From IMG/VR virus record IMGVR_UViG_3300005614_001084, positions 64,001 to 128,000 of that record: a stretch of 64,000 nucleotides of DNA; one strand, 5' to 3'. Under the pieces are notes generated by a model. That model was not told the DNA's origin, ran no database searches, and was given only the letters and a program-made list of their open reading frames with translations. Of this stretch, positions 30,022-39,454 are shown one piece after another. Within the stretch, counting starts at the first letter, position 1; each line of letters starts with the position of its first letter. Made by a program: the position numbers and the translations under genes. This stretch comes from a virus. Lineage: Duplodnaviria; Caudoviricetes.

Positions 30022-30567
30022 TCATGTGTGCCTCTTCTTGATGTGCACGGGCCACTGATCGTTGGGGAACACGCCGGAGAGCGGTTCGCAACTACCAACG
30101 CGGAAGCACTTCTTCACGCAGTCGTGGTGGCAGGTGCCTTCGTCCGGACACAACGGACGGCTGCCCTTGCACGTCGGGAAGTTGTTGCAGCCCAGGAACT
30201 GATGCTTGTTGAGGTTGATCTTCTTCTGCATCAGCCCATTGCACTGAGGGCAGCGAACCGCATCTGCGGGGATCGTGGCAGCATCGACGGGACTGGACTC
30301 CAACAGATCTCTGCCGAGCTTGGAGACGTCGACCTCGACCTCGGTGACCCTGATCTGTATGATGAGGCCGTTGACCTTGACCGCCATCCAGCCGCGCTCC
30401 ACCCATTCCGCCGTGACGACCTTGTTGGGCCAGCGCACCGCAATGCCCCGGCGCTCGTCGAGCGAGTACACCACGCCCTGATCGTCGTGGAACGACGTGG
30501 CGTGTGACCGCTCGTCACCCGTTCCGACGGGCATCAGCCTACTGAAGCGATCCATGCTATCGGCCAC
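30022..30567 (-). CDS. protein with topoisomerase-I C4 zinc finger
   Basis: CPQCNGLMQKK...FLGCNNFPTCKGS. Confidence 0.65.
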   Translation of the reverse strand: MADSMDRFSRLMPVGTGDERSHATSFHDDQGVVYSLDERRGIAVRWPNKVVTAEWVERGWMAVKVNGLIIQIRVTEVEVDVSKLGRDLLESSPVDAATIPADAVRCPQCNGLMQKKINLNKHQFLGCNNFPTCKGSRPLCPDEGTCHHDCVKKCFRVGSCEPLSGVFPNDQWPVHIKKRHT

Positions 30568-31108
30568 GGTTCATCTTCTCCCACGCCTCACTCGGCAGCG
30601 CTTCGTTGTTCCCGATGTACTGCCGCGGCGTGCTGAGCTTCTGGTAGAGCGGGTGCACCGGCATGCCTGACGCCGTGAGGTTGAGGTAGAAGATGCGATC
30701 GGCGGTCTGCACCGCGTCGAGCACCTTCATCACCTGCGCGGCGCGTGCGGGCTCGGCGTGTGCGCCCCAAGCCAGGCACACCTCACCGCTCCAGCGCCCC
30801 ATATCCTTGATGTAGTTGTCGTTGCTCGGACCGATCTGGAACCCGCTCTTCTTCAGGTCCTTAGGATCGGTGGCGCGGAACGCGTAGAGGTTCACGACGC
30901 GCATGAGGCCGAAGCCCCAGTGCTTCGAGAAGCTCATGCACTTGCGGATCGTAGCGTCGTCGTACTTCGCGTCCGCGGTGCTCGGGTTGAGCATGATCCA
31001 CAGCAGACGCTGCGCCATCATCGGGTTGATGCGCTCGTCGGCGTGGCGGCTGAGGACGTAGCGGAACTCCTCGTCCCGCCCGCCCATGATGGCATCACGA
31101 TCTTTCAC
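30557..31108 (-). CDS. DUF1643 family protein
   Basis: RYVLSR, IMLNPSTAD, DDATIRKC, VNLYAFRATDP, AWG and HPLY motifs. Confidence 0.85.
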   Translation of the reverse strand: MKDRDAIMGGRDEEFRYVLSRHADERINPMMAQRLLWIMLNPSTADAKYDDATIRKCMSFSKHWGFGLMRVVNLYAFRATDPKDLKKSGFQIGPSNDNYIKDMGRWSGEVCLAWGAHAEPARAAQVMKVLDAVQTADRIFYLNLTASGMPVHPLYQKLSTPRQYIGNNEALPSEAWEKMNRGR

Positions 31109-32538
31109 GGCCAGTCTCCTTCTTCCGCCAGCTTGTAGATCGAGCCCTCCGTGCGAAGGAAGAGCTTGGTGTCGTCTGCGCTGAACGGAATGTCGAAGTA
31201 GAGGATGTGATCTGTATCGCGTTCGTCCGCGATGGGGTCCGGGCCGTGCGGCACGGTCTCCGAGCCCAAGATGTAGACGGCGCCCAGAGTGTGGGCGGCG
31301 TCCATCCAGCGCTCGATATCACGGAAGTGCCAGATCAGCAGCACGCGCCTGCCGCCCATGTCGGAGGTGGTGCGAGCGATGATCGACCACAGCTCGTCCT
31401 CGGTCTCCGTGTTCTCCGTCTTCGTCATCACGTACGCAGCAGCGTCGATGTTGTCGGGCGACGGATACACGGCGCGATTCATGCGGGCCAGCGGCTCGGG
31501 ATGGACAGCCTTCACCATCGCTTCCATCTTCGTGGCTCCAGGGCCCCAGACATCAGGCATGAAGTTCGAGCCGAAGTAGAACGCGATCCATGGGCTGGCG
31601 AGCAGCTCCACTGCGACGCCCGGGTGTACGGACGCAACCGTGAGATGGCCGTCCTCGTCGCGCATGCGGAAGTCGATCATGCCAGTATCCGACCGGTTCA
31701 CGACCTCGATGTCCTTGGTCTGGGTCACGATCAGGCGCTTCTGCGGCCACTTCAGACGTGGACGAAACAGAACGTGGATGCTGAAGGGCGCCTGTCCCTC
31801 ACCGTTCCAGTTCACCCAATCCCCGCCGTGATCTTCGGTGCGCACCTCACGCACCCAGAAGTCGTCGAGGTACTGATGCTCCAGATTCTCCTCCGTGGTC
31901 TCCGTCCAGGAGGGATCGGGCGAGTTGTACGCGGTGAGGTCGGTGACGGCGTGCAGGCCGATGATGCGCTCGTCCGGGCCCATGGCGTAGAAGCGCAGGG
32001 TATCGGCGACGTACCGCACGTACTCCTCGAAGATCTCGAACTGCGACATGGCGGCGAAGCGCTGTTCGATGCGGACCTTCTCCGCATCCCACTCCGCTTG
32101 CACATCGCCGGGAAGGAAAGGCGCGTTCTGCGTGATGATGATCTCACGCTGCTCACCATGGGCCTCGTCGCGCAGAGTAGTACGCGGCGCGTTCGACGAC
32201 TGAGCGGTGTAGATCATCTTCTGATCCAGCTTCATCTCCTTCGCCCGCTTCTTGGTGGCCTCGGCGACCAGAATGGCGACCGCAGCGTCGAACAGAGGCA
32301 GGCGCTCCAGCGCGGCGAGCAGATCGTCGATGTTGCGCAGCGTCACCTCTCCTGCTGGAGCACCGTAACTGCGATACCTCGTGCTCTCACGCAGCATCTT
32401 ACGCTCGCGCAGCTCGTCCACGAGACCGAGGAAGTGCGGCGACTGGAGCCGTAGTGAAACGCGATCGAGCGCGCCCAAGACGATGTCGCCGATCAGGCTG
32501 ACCTCGTCCATGATGTAGTTGGGATCGATCTTCTTCAC
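31105..32538 (-). CDS. hypothetical protein (477 aa)
   Basis: Long ORF with typical codon usage. Confidence 0.6.
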   Translation of the reverse strand: MKKIDPNYIMDEVSLIGDIVLGALDRVSLRLQSPHFLGLVDELRERKMLRESTRYRSYGAPAGEVTLRNIDDLLAALERLPLFDAAVAILVAEATKKRAKEMKLDQKMIYTAQSSNAPRTTLRDEAHGEQREIIITQNAPFLPGDVQAEWDAEKVRIEQRFAAMSQFEIFEEYVRYVADTLRFYAMGPDERIIGLHAVTDLTAYNSPDPSWTETTEENLEHQYLDDFWVREVRTEDHGGDWVNWNGEGQAPFSIHVLFRPRLKWPQKRLIVTQTKDIEVVNRSDTGMIDFRMRDEDGHLTVASVHPGVAVELLASPWIAFYFGSNFMPDVWGPGATKMEAMVKAVHPEPLARMNRAVYPSPDNIDAAAYVMTKTENTETEDELWSIIARTTSDMGGRRVLLIWHFRDIERWMDAAHTLGAVYILGSETVPHGPDPIADERDTDHILYFDIPFSADDTKLFLRTEGSIYKLAEEGDWP

Positions 32539-32539
32539 G

Positions 32540-32986
32540 TCAGTTCCCTTTCACTGCGAACACCACCAACATCTCATCCCACGTGTACGGCACGTCCGTG
32601 AACACCACGTTGGTGTCGCCAGTCGCCACTCCGGTATCCACTCCACGTAGCTTGGACATCCCGTGCAGCAGCGCGTCTCGCTCCAAGAACGACTCACGAT
32701 CACTGAAGTTCATCCGAATCTCGCGATGATCCTTCGTCGTCACGAGGATGGTGTAGGGCTGGACCTGCAACGCAGATCGCAGGGTGGCCAACTCGTGCTG
32801 CTTCTTGGACTTCTCCTTGAAGAGGCGCCCCTGTTCGGTCGTGATGCCGGCGATGTCCGCCACCAGCGACTTGATCCCAGCCTCGATGTGATCGGGGCAG
32901 CGGGTGCTGTTGCCCAGCGCCGGCTTACCGCACGGATAGACCTCGTCGTAGTTGCCGACGCGGGCTTCGCACTTCCCGCTGCTCAT
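32540..32986 (-). CDS. hypothetical protein
   Basis: GGAGG RBS, N-terminal C..C..C..H. Confidence 0.55.
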   Translation of the reverse strand: MSSGKCEARVGNYDEVYPCGKPALGNSTRCPDHIEAGIKSLVADIAGITTEQGRLFKEKSKKQHELATLRSALQVQPYTILVTTKDHREIRMNFSDRESFLERDALLHGMSKLRGVDTGVATGDTNVVFTDVPYTWDEMLVVFAVKGN

Positions 32987-33178
32987 ACGACCTCCTTGGG
33001 CTTGCCGACGTCCCAGTCCGTGAGGCTGAAGTTCGGCGGAACCGGGATACTGCCGTGCGCCGCTTCCTTCGCCTCGTCCTCGTCCATGGCGTGAACGGTG
33101 ACGCTGCCCACGATCGTCGCCTCCACGCGCACTACGAACTCCTTGGGTTCCTGATCTTTCTTCTTCGTCTTGGGCATC

Positions 33179-33532
33179 TCAGAACCCGTCCCGGATGAAC
33201 TTGTTGAATCGACCCACGAGGTTGGATCGCACCGTGCCTTCTGCTGCTTTGACGGCCTGAACGCACGCCTCGGCCAACTGATTCGCCGACTCGCGGATCG
33301 CGTCCACTACGGCCGGGTGCTCCCTCAGCATCTTCCACACTTCTCCTTCGGATCGCTCCAGTAGAGACCGCATGGTCGAGGACTTGCCCTCACGGATCTT
33401 GCGGATGGTGGCCTCCACCACTTCTGCGCGAATCCGCTCCTTCTCCTCTTCCGTGAGAGAAGCAACGATGGCGGGCAGCATCTCGTCCGCCATCCTGCTG
33501 TGCATCTGTTCGATCGTGTCTTCCAGACCCAT
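33179..33532 (-). CDS. hypothetical helical protein
   Basis: GGAGG RBS. Confidence 0.55.
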   Translation of the reverse strand: MGLEDTIEQMHSRMADEMLPAIVASLTEEEKERIRAEVVEATIRKIREGKSSTMRSLLERSEGEVWKMLREHPAVVDAIRESANQLAEACVQAVKAAEGTVRSNLVGRFNKFIRDGF

Positions 33533-33561
33533 GATCTACCTCCACCGTCTTCTACGCGGTT

Positions 33562-33987
33562 TCAGTGCGTGCCCGGCATCTTGGGCTGGAGCTTGAACCG
33601 CTTGAGGGTCGCCATCTTCTTGGCGTGCTCGGCCTGCTGCTTGTAGATCTGATGCATCGAGATCTTCGCCCTCTTCTTCACGAAGTCGGCAAGGTTGGTC
33701 CGGGCCTTCTCCTTGTCGCTGTCCATCGCCCGGCTGAGGACCGGGAACATCTTCGAACAGTAGGCTTCGAACGCCTCGATCGCAGGATCTTGAGTCTTCT
33801 TCGACTCGTGGAGACCGACGATGCTCTGGACGAGCGCGCGGGTCTCAAGGAGCTGCGCCTGACGGCGCTGCACCATCACCATGAGGAAGATCGTCTCCAG
33901 AAGGCTGTTGCGCGGAGGCAGCCCGTTGAACTTGTCGTACCACAAGTTCGCCAGGGCCCAGCCCACGGGAGACTCTAGCCATTTTTT
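33562..33987 (-). CDS. -1 frameshift extension of the upstream tail-chaperone-like protein
   Basis: The protein-like frame (KWLESPVGWALANL...) starts exactly at the slippery site and has no ATG or RBS of its own there. Confidence 0.6.
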   Translation of the reverse strand, partial: KKWLESPVGWALANLWYDKFNGLPPRNSLLETIFLMVMVQRRQAQLLETRALVQSIVGLHESKKTQDPAIEAFEAYCSKMFPVLSRAMDSDKEKARTNLADFVKKRAKISMHQIYKQQAEHAKKMATLKRFKLQPKMPGTH

Positions 33988-35000
33988 GCGAAGTCCGAGG
34001 TGAAGTTCTCGCGCACCCGAAGATCGAACCACTGCCCGTGCGTGCCGAGGGCGTGGAGCAGCGGCTGCGGCATGCGCGAGTACTTCTTGTACTTCGCCTC
34101 GAACGCCTTCTCGTCGAAGTCGGCATCCCACGTCCCCTGGCCGTTGCGCTTGAGGTGGTCGACCTCCTTGGTGGTGTTGATCTGGACGACGCTGAGCACG
34201 AGCACGGCGAGACCGTAGATCTCGGAAGCCAGACGCTCGTTGCGCGGATCCTGCTGCGTCATGTTGAAGAGCCAGAGGCGCGCGGCCTGAAGCTCCATGG
34301 CGGTGACGGTGCGGTAGAGCACGCGCAGCTTGCTCGGCACCACCTCCACCCACTGCGTGAACTCGCCGGTAGCGACGCCGGTGGCGAAGTCGATCTCCGA
34401 GATGCGCTTGTTGGCGGGATCCTTGACGTGATCGCGCTCCTTCGTGTTCTGGATGACGTCCTTCTGAATCGAGCGCATCACCTGCTCGTATTCGAGGTCG
34501 TCGAGGTCGTCGATGCGACGAAGCAGCGCCTCCTTGTCCTCCTTGGCCGCCGGGCCTTCGGCCTTGGTGGAGGTGTTGGGCTGCGTGTCGGGTGTGGGGG
34601 TGGGCGGGGTCGGGATCTGATCGGCCATCTTGTTCTCCTTCTTGCTTGCGGACTCGTCGGCGGCCTTCTTCACCGCACCCAGCAGCTCCAGGCTGCCGGG
34701 GCTGAGCGCCGAGGGCGTGCCGTCGGGAGCCGTAGCACGTCTGTGGCTCTCCGTGATCTGGCCGATGGTCATCTTGCCATCCCTCTCCGGCTTGTACGCC
34801 TGATTGGCGGCGGCGAGATCACCGATAGGCGGCTTGGCGGCGCGGGTTGCGGCCGCGCGCTCCGCCACACCGGCGCCGTACTTCTTGACCTGCGGCGGCG
34901 CCTGCTTTTGCACCAGCGGGTCCTTGGTGGTGTCGATGCCACCGAGGACGACCGGCGGCTTGGGGGCGATCTTGGGCGGAAACGGCATGCGGTTCTCCAT
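33975..35000 (-). CDS. putative tail assembly chaperone (gpG-like)
   Basis: Ends GCA AAA AAT GGC TAG, which contains an A-AAA-AAT slippery heptamer; Pro-rich N-terminus. Confidence 0.55.
   Translation of the reverse strand: MENRMPFPPKIAPKPPVVLGGIDTTKDPLVQKQAPPQVKKYGAGVAERAAATRAAKPPIGDLAAANQAYKPERDGKMTIGQITESHRRATAPDGTPSALSPGSLELLGAVKKAADESASKKENKMADQIPTPPTPTPDTQPNTSTKAEGPAAKEDKEALLRRIDDLDDLEYEQVMRSIQKDVIQNTKERDHVKDPANKRISEIDFATGVATGEFTQWVEVVPSKLRVLYRTVTAMELQAARLWLFNMTQQDPRNERLASEIYGLAVLVLSVVQINTTKEVDHLKRNGQGTWDADFDEKAFEAKYKKYSRMPQPLLHALGTHGQWFDLRVRENFTSDFAKNG
33981..33987 (-). promoter_or_regulatory. programmed -1 ribosomal frameshift slippery site A AAA AAT
   Basis: X XXY YYZ heptamer, in frame, one sense codon before the stop; an A6 run is rare in this GC-rich sequence. 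Confidence 0.65.
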
Positions 35001-35029
35001 TGGGGACAAAAGAGAGAAACGATCTTGAC

Positions 35030-35329
35030 TCAGTAACCTGCGAGCACGGCAGCGCCGACAGCGCAGTCCTCGGCGTGCGGCTTACCACGATCCTCGTCGA
35101 AGCCGCACAGCGCGCACTGCCCGGAGTCCTTGCTCAGCTCCAGCACCACTTCGCCGATCTGATACAGCGCGGTAACGCGGGTCAGCTCCGTACGCTGGTT
35201 CATCTCGCTGGTGGATCGGTTCTCCTCCTCCATCAGCCCCACGCACTTCGGGTGGTACTTGATCCCGTTGACGTCGGTCCAACTCAGAGGATCGATCCCC
35301 AACTTGCAGAACGGGCAAGTCACAGCCAT
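35030..35329 (-). CDS. small zinc-finger protein
   Basis: CPFC...HPKC and CALC...HAEDC. Confidence 0.55.
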   Translation of the reverse strand: MAVTCPFCKLGIDPLSWTDVNGIKYHPKCVGLMEEENRSTSEMNQRTELTRVTALYQIGEVVLELSKDSGQCALCGFDEDRGKPHAEDCAVGAAVLAGY

Positions 35330-35763
35330 CGCAGGATCTCCTTGACCGCATGCTCACGCTCGCACGCCGAGTTCACACACCGATCCAACCACGCCGAGGC
35401 GTAGTCGTTGGGCCAGCCGTTCGCCTTGCTGCTCAGCAGCGCGTCGAGCTTGGTGATGCGCCCATCCCAGATCTCGCCGGCCAAGAGGCCAAGCAGGTAC
35501 AGCATCAACCGGACCTCGTCCTGGGGACCGAACCTCGTCGGTTCCTCGCGATGGTCAAACCACAGGCACAGATGCCCGCCACCAACCCAGGCCTCCAGCG
35601 GGCGTCGCAGGCCACCCGTCGTGCTGGACAGACCCCCCGGGGGTACAACGCGTTCCTGGCGCGACGTCGTGTCCGCAGCACGAGCTTGGGCCCGCTGTAT
35701 CTGCGCCTGTACGTGCTCGGGCTTCTGGCGTCGTCGGCTTAGCGTAGAGGGTCGTCGTGACAT
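35320..35763 (-). CDS. hypothetical protein (probably leaderless)
   Basis: The ATG lies 7 nt after a -10 box. Confidence 0.5.
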   Translation of the reverse strand: MSRRPSTLSRRRQKPEHVQAQIQRAQARAADTTSRQERVVPPGGLSSTTGGLRRPLEAWVGGGHLCLWFDHREEPTRFGPQDEVRLMLYLLGLLAGEIWDGRITKLDALLSSKANGWPNDYASAWLDRCVNSACEREHAVKEILRWL

Positions 35764-35770
35764 CAGTATG

Positions 35771-35799
35771 AGAATACATGCGAATACACAAGGCGTCAA
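35771..35799 (-). promoter_or_regulatory. sigma70-type promoter with TGTATTC operator repeats
   Basis: TTGACG-17 nt-TATTCT, containing TGTGTATTC and TGTATTC; same design as the promoter at 12270-12309. Confidence 0.65.
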
Positions 35800-35807
35800 C
35801 AGCGGGC

Positions 35808-35835
35808 AAAGAGATGGGGAGAAGCCCCAGTCTCT
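35808..35835 (-). terminator. terminator closing pseudoknot array E
   Basis: AGAGA(C)TGGGG-CTTCT-CCCCATCTCT-TT. Confidence 0.6.
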
Positions 35836-36188
35836 GAGATCGGTACGACGCACATTCCATCCCGCGATCGTCTCCAACCCTACAACTCTCGTTCGTCATC
35901 GCTTCCATGCTCGGCCTAGGCCCGGCGCGTTAGCTTGAGACCCACCTGCTTACCCACGGTGGTCCTGGGTTACTGCGCCAAGCTGATCCCTCCCATGCTG
36001 CGCGCAACAAAGCTCGCGGCGCATCCGCGCGAGACTTACATCTCAACAACACCACCAGCTTTTCCGCGGTGGTCCCGGATCGATGCAGGTCTCGTCCCCT
36101 GCCAGGAGGCCCGACCTTCTCACGTAGACTTCCGTCGTCGGCCCTTTCCGTTCATCACACAGCGCCGGCTTACCCGCGGCGTTCCGGG
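35836..36188 (-). ncRNA. pseudoknot-repeat/spacer array E (3 repeats: 36163-36188, 36051-36079, 35942-35970)
   Basis: Repeats share S1-G(G)-S2-G-S1'-NAAGCN-S2'; unique spacers of ~80-105 nt. Confidence 0.8.
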
Positions 36189-36481
36189 AGCATCTTCGGT
36201 CTCACACGATGCGGGCCGTGCGGACACATCGTGAGGTCGATGGCTGGCCTGACGTCACCGCGCGAATCCATCCGATCGATGATGTTGTTGATGTCGCGCA
36301 CCTCATGCCCGGTATCGTCGAAGTGCGCCGCATCTTCGTGCGACTTGCCGCAGTGCGCGCAGAGGTCGTGAGCGTAGACACCTTCCATCTCAGCACCAGC
36401 CACGAACTCGTGCTGATCCCCGTACACATCACGGGCCAGGTTCCCGCCGCACTCCTCGCAGATGCACCTCACCTCGTTCAC
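36170..36481 (-). CDS. small Cys-rich protein whose TAA stop lies inside a pseudoknot repeat
   Basis: CEEC and CAHC; ends CGC GGG TAA GC. Confidence 0.55.
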   Translation of the reverse strand: MNEVRCICEECGGNLARDVYGDQHEFVAGAEMEGVYAHDLCAHCGKSHEDAAHFDDTGHEVRDINNIIDRMDSRGDVRPAIDLTMCPHGPHRVRPKMLPERRG

Positions 36482-37116
36482 TTCGTGCTCCCCGGCTTCA
36501 CGCGTTCGAGCAAGAAGTCGAGGTCGGCGCAGTGATCGACTCCCCACATCTCTGCGGCCTCGGCGCGAAGCTTCGCGACGAAGGTGTCGGCCTCGGCGCG
36601 CAGGGCGTGCACCTTCTCGTACAGCTTCTCGGGATCACCCCACAGCTCGGCCTTCACCATCGCGGCGTTGACCCTGCGTCCCCGACCTCCCTTGCTTCTC
36701 GGCGGATCGATCTCCGCGCTGAGCCGCATCAGTCGGTACATCCCCTCGTTGATTTCGGTCGCGCCCTCGAACGCATCCCGAATCTCCTCCGCCAGCCACA
36801 TCGCCTGCTCTTCGCTCAGCGCCAGGCGCTCGACGAGCAGCGCAAGACCATCGGCATGCTTCTTCTCCCAGTCCAGCATCGTGGCGCGGCTCTTCTTCTC
36901 CTCCGCGATGCGGCATCTCTCCTCGTGCGCCGCGTAGTAGTAGTTCGCGCGCTCCACCGGATCACTACTCGCCGTGATCTCGATGCGAACGTCGTTGAAC
37001 ACCAAGACCTCGGTGTTGCCGGTGCGCTTCGCCTCTTCCACCACCGCTTTCGTCGCATCGGTGATCCACCCCAGGGTGTGGATGGTGCCGTCTTCCCTCC
37101 GATACAGTCGAAACAT
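36478..37116 (-). CDS. hypothetical protein
   Basis: Preceded by CTATAAGATCTTGGAGG. Confidence 0.65.
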   Translation of the reverse strand: MFRLYRREDGTIHTLGWITDATKAVVEEAKRTGNTEVLVFNDVRIEITASSDPVERANYYYAAHEERCRIAEEKKSRATMLDWEKKHADGLALLVERLALSEEQAMWLAEEIRDAFEGATEINEGMYRLMRLSAEIDPPRSKGGRGRRVNAAMVKAELWGDPEKLYEKVHALRAEADTFVAKLRAEAAEMWGVDHCADLDFLLERVKPGSTK

Positions 37117-37121
37117 CTCTA

Positions 37122-37167
37122 CCTCCAAGATCTTATAGGGCAAAAAGAACACGCCAAAGCGTGTTCT
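37122..37167 (-). terminator. terminator immediately followed by CTATAAG promoter and SD
   Basis: AGAACACGC-TTTG-GCGTGTTCT-TTTTGCCCTATAAGATCTTGGAGG. Confidence 0.75.
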
Positions 37168-37930
37168 AGATGCCAAGCGGATGCCCTCACCCTCCAGCGA
37201 TCACACGAAGCAGACGCGCCTTTCTACCCTCCATCTCTCGTCGATACCACCGGCTTGCCCACGGTGGTCCTGGGTCATCGGCGGTATCACCGATCGCACA
37301 TTCTCCCGACTTCAAGACCCCCTATCCCCACCACTCGCGACGCAGTCGAACGTGCCTTCGCACTTGCGTGTCTTCCTACCGCCAGCCACCAAGATCATCG
37401 TTACTGCGGTACCCACCTGCTTAGCCGCGGTGGTCCCGGAGCGACGCGCGAAAGTCCGAGCGTCCGTACCTTCCGCCTGGTTGCCGACCCCTCGTTCATC
37501 CCTGACCGAACCGCGCCAGCTTACCGGCGGCGCACCCGGATCAACACAGAGCGCGGACCTCCACGCCCACCCATCTTCTCACGCCATCCACTTCCACTCG
37601 CCGCCCGTCCAAGTGTGCGAACGGTCGATCTCGCCGCTTACCCGCGCGTATCCGGGATGATCTGAAAAACTTTCCTTCCCACAGCCAGGTCCCCGTTCCG
37701 TCTTCCGTGACAACCTGTACCCGTACTTTCAGCACAACACCTTCTACGTACTACGTCCTGATCTCAGAACATACTCGATCCCACCGTCTTATCGGAGGTG
37801 GGCCCCGAGATCGCAATGACTGGCGGGCGTGCTCAGACCACTGCCGTCTTCCTTCGCATCCACCGCCTGTTCATTCTCTCGAATCACCAAACAGAAGGTC
37901 CAACGCCTGCTTACCCGCGGTCGTCCGGGT
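37168..37930 (-). ncRNA. pseudoknot-repeat/spacer array D (6 repeats: 37902-37930, 37780-37808, 37632-37656, 37513-37540, 37413-37440, 37246-37274)
   Basis: About 760 nt with no convincing gene; six co-varying repeats; spacers 72-138 nt. Confidence 0.85.
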
Positions 37931-38522
37931 TGATCTCGACGTCGTACATACGTCCGGCGTCGCTCTTCGGCTGCGCGTCGGGCGCCATGCTGAAGCTGAG
38001 GAGGTTGTCGCAGTCCTCGTCCTCACCGTTGTCCCGCTGCACGTCGAGCGTGACGTGACCTTCGAGCGTACGACCCGCAGTGATGACGATGTCGCCGACC
38101 TCGAAGATCAGAAGGTCCTGGTCCGCCCTACGGTCGGTGATGAGTAGCATGAGCTTGGGCGTCTGCACCGCGATGGGGTTGGGCTGTGTTGGCGCCACCA
38201 ACCGATCTGCGAGCCACATCGCACGCTCCTCTCCCGTCCACGCCATGTACTGAGGAGGCTTCAGCCCACACATCCGCAGCGCCGCGGTGACCTCCGCGCG
38301 TCGAGACGCGTGCGGGCTCATCGCCCCCTCCAGCCAGTACTCGCGCAGTCGGTGCTGGATGCTCTTGCGCGCGTTGTCGAGCGTCTCGCTCGCCAGCTTC
38401 ACCTCGTTGACGGCGAAGCTGAGTTCGTTGATGTCGGCGGCCCGTTTCTCGCGAAGCTCTTCCTGAGCCTTCTCGATCGTGCCCTCTACTTCGTCGACGG
38501 TTCGATCTTGCCATTCACCCAT
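37911..38522 (-). CDS. hypothetical protein whose TAA stop lies inside a pseudoknot repeat
   Basis: CTATAAG promoter and GGAGG; ends CGC GGG TAA GC. Confidence 0.6.
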   Translation of the reverse strand: MGEWQDRTVDEVEGTIEKAQEELREKRAADINELSFAVNEVKLASETLDNARKSIQHRLREYWLEGAMSPHASRRAEVTAALRMCGLKPPQYMAWTGEERAMWLADRLVAPTQPNPIAVQTPKLMLLITDRRADQDLLIFEVGDIVITAGRTLEGHVTLDVQRDNGEDEDCDNLLSFSMAPDAQPKSDAGRMYDVEINPDDRG

Positions 38523-38527
38523 GTGTT

Positions 38528-38569
38528 CCTCCAAGATCTTATAGGCAAAAAGGAAGGCTGTCCTTCCTT
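38528..38569 (-). terminator. terminator plus CTATAAG promoter and SD
   Basis: AAGGAAGG-ACAG-CCTTCCTT-TTTGCCTATAAGATCTTGGAGG. Confidence 0.75.
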
Positions 38570-38964
38570 CGTCCGTACTGGACTTCGTACAACCGACGAA
38601 ATACTCGAATCCTTCATTCGTCCAGCTATTTCATCAGCCAACACTTCCTTAGATCACCACCTGCTTGCCAGCGGTGGTCCCCGGATAGATCGAGCCTGTT
38701 CCTCAGATCATCAGCTACAGCAGTACCGCCAAGCGCTGCTTCGTCTCTCCATTCATTCCTGTGATCGTTCCTGCAATCCCTAGGAACCAGCCGTCCTCCC
38801 CAACTTCACCCCTCCGCTAGAGCGCCACCTGCTTACCTGCGGTGGCCCCAGGAGCTTCAGATCGGGACACCCGACATAGCTACTTGATTCCTGTCCGACT
38901 AACTAACGGGGCATCAGTCGTTGCAACTGTCCGCCGTCCTCAGCTTGCCGGCGAGGTATCCGGG
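38570..38964 (-). ncRNA. pseudoknot-repeat/spacer array C (3 repeats: 38938-38964, 38824-38853, 38656-38685)
   Basis: Co-varying stems such as CCTG/CAGG and CCTC/GAGG. Confidence 0.8.
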
Positions 38965-39446
38965 TACGATCGCGTCTCCACGCCTTCGCGCGGATGCACG
39001 CCGACGATATCGAGCAGCATGGAATCGGGGAACCTCTGCTGCACGAACTTGACGGTGTCGCGGCGCGCCAGCTCGACGTCTGCCGGCAGCATGTAGTCGG
39101 ACACCTCTTCACCGCTGTGCCACGTACAGGCGCCCTCGAAGAAGTAGCTCAGTGCTGCCATCGGCGATTTCTCGATCAGCTTGATCGCCGCAACTTCCAG
39201 CTCTGCAAGAGAGGAGAGCGGGAAGTCAGGACAGGTGTCGTCCGTTCGAACGAGCTGACGTGCCGCAGTCCGAACCTCTTCGTACTGCACCAAGGTGCTG
39301 AGCACCGAACCCACTGCACACCGTGCGCAGAAGGGCAACTGCGACGGGAACTGCGCCGTGCCGAACCACGCCCCGGGCCGCAACTGCTCGATGGGTTCGT
39401 TCTCCAGCGCGTCGATGATCTGAGCCTTTGTCACCACGATGAGCAT
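38940..39446 (-). CDS. hypothetical protein ending within a pseudoknot repeat
   Basis: AGGAGG RBS; CARCAVG. Confidence 0.55.
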   Translation of the reverse strand: MLIVVTKAQIIDALENEPIEQLRPGAWFGTAQFPSQLPFCARCAVGSVLSTLVQYEEVRTAARQLVRTDDTCPDFPLSSLAELEVAAIKLIEKSPMAALSYFFEGACTWHSGEEVSDYMLPADVELARRDTVKFVQQRFPDSMLLDIVGVHPREGVETRSYPDTSPAS

Positions 39447-39454
39447 GTCGCCTC

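Noticed and set aside
32918-32940. Other GCTTAC-containing near-matches to the repeat (also ~35080, ~45393, ~47642, ~63665)
   Set aside because: They lack the two complementary stems and lie within coding sequence.
37170-37735. Short ORFs inside array D (37170-37424, 37181-37660, 37541-37735) and across the other arrays
   Set aside because: They have no SD, show atypical codon usage and cross the structured repeats, so I treated them as non-coding.
37168-37930. VIPR-like GGY-NN 5-nt periodicity, or a universal 6-, 10- or 12-nt periodicity, in the spacers
   Set aside because: I checked several spacers by hand. GG positions are not 5-periodic, and apparent 6/10/12-nt patterns in single spacers did not hold in others.
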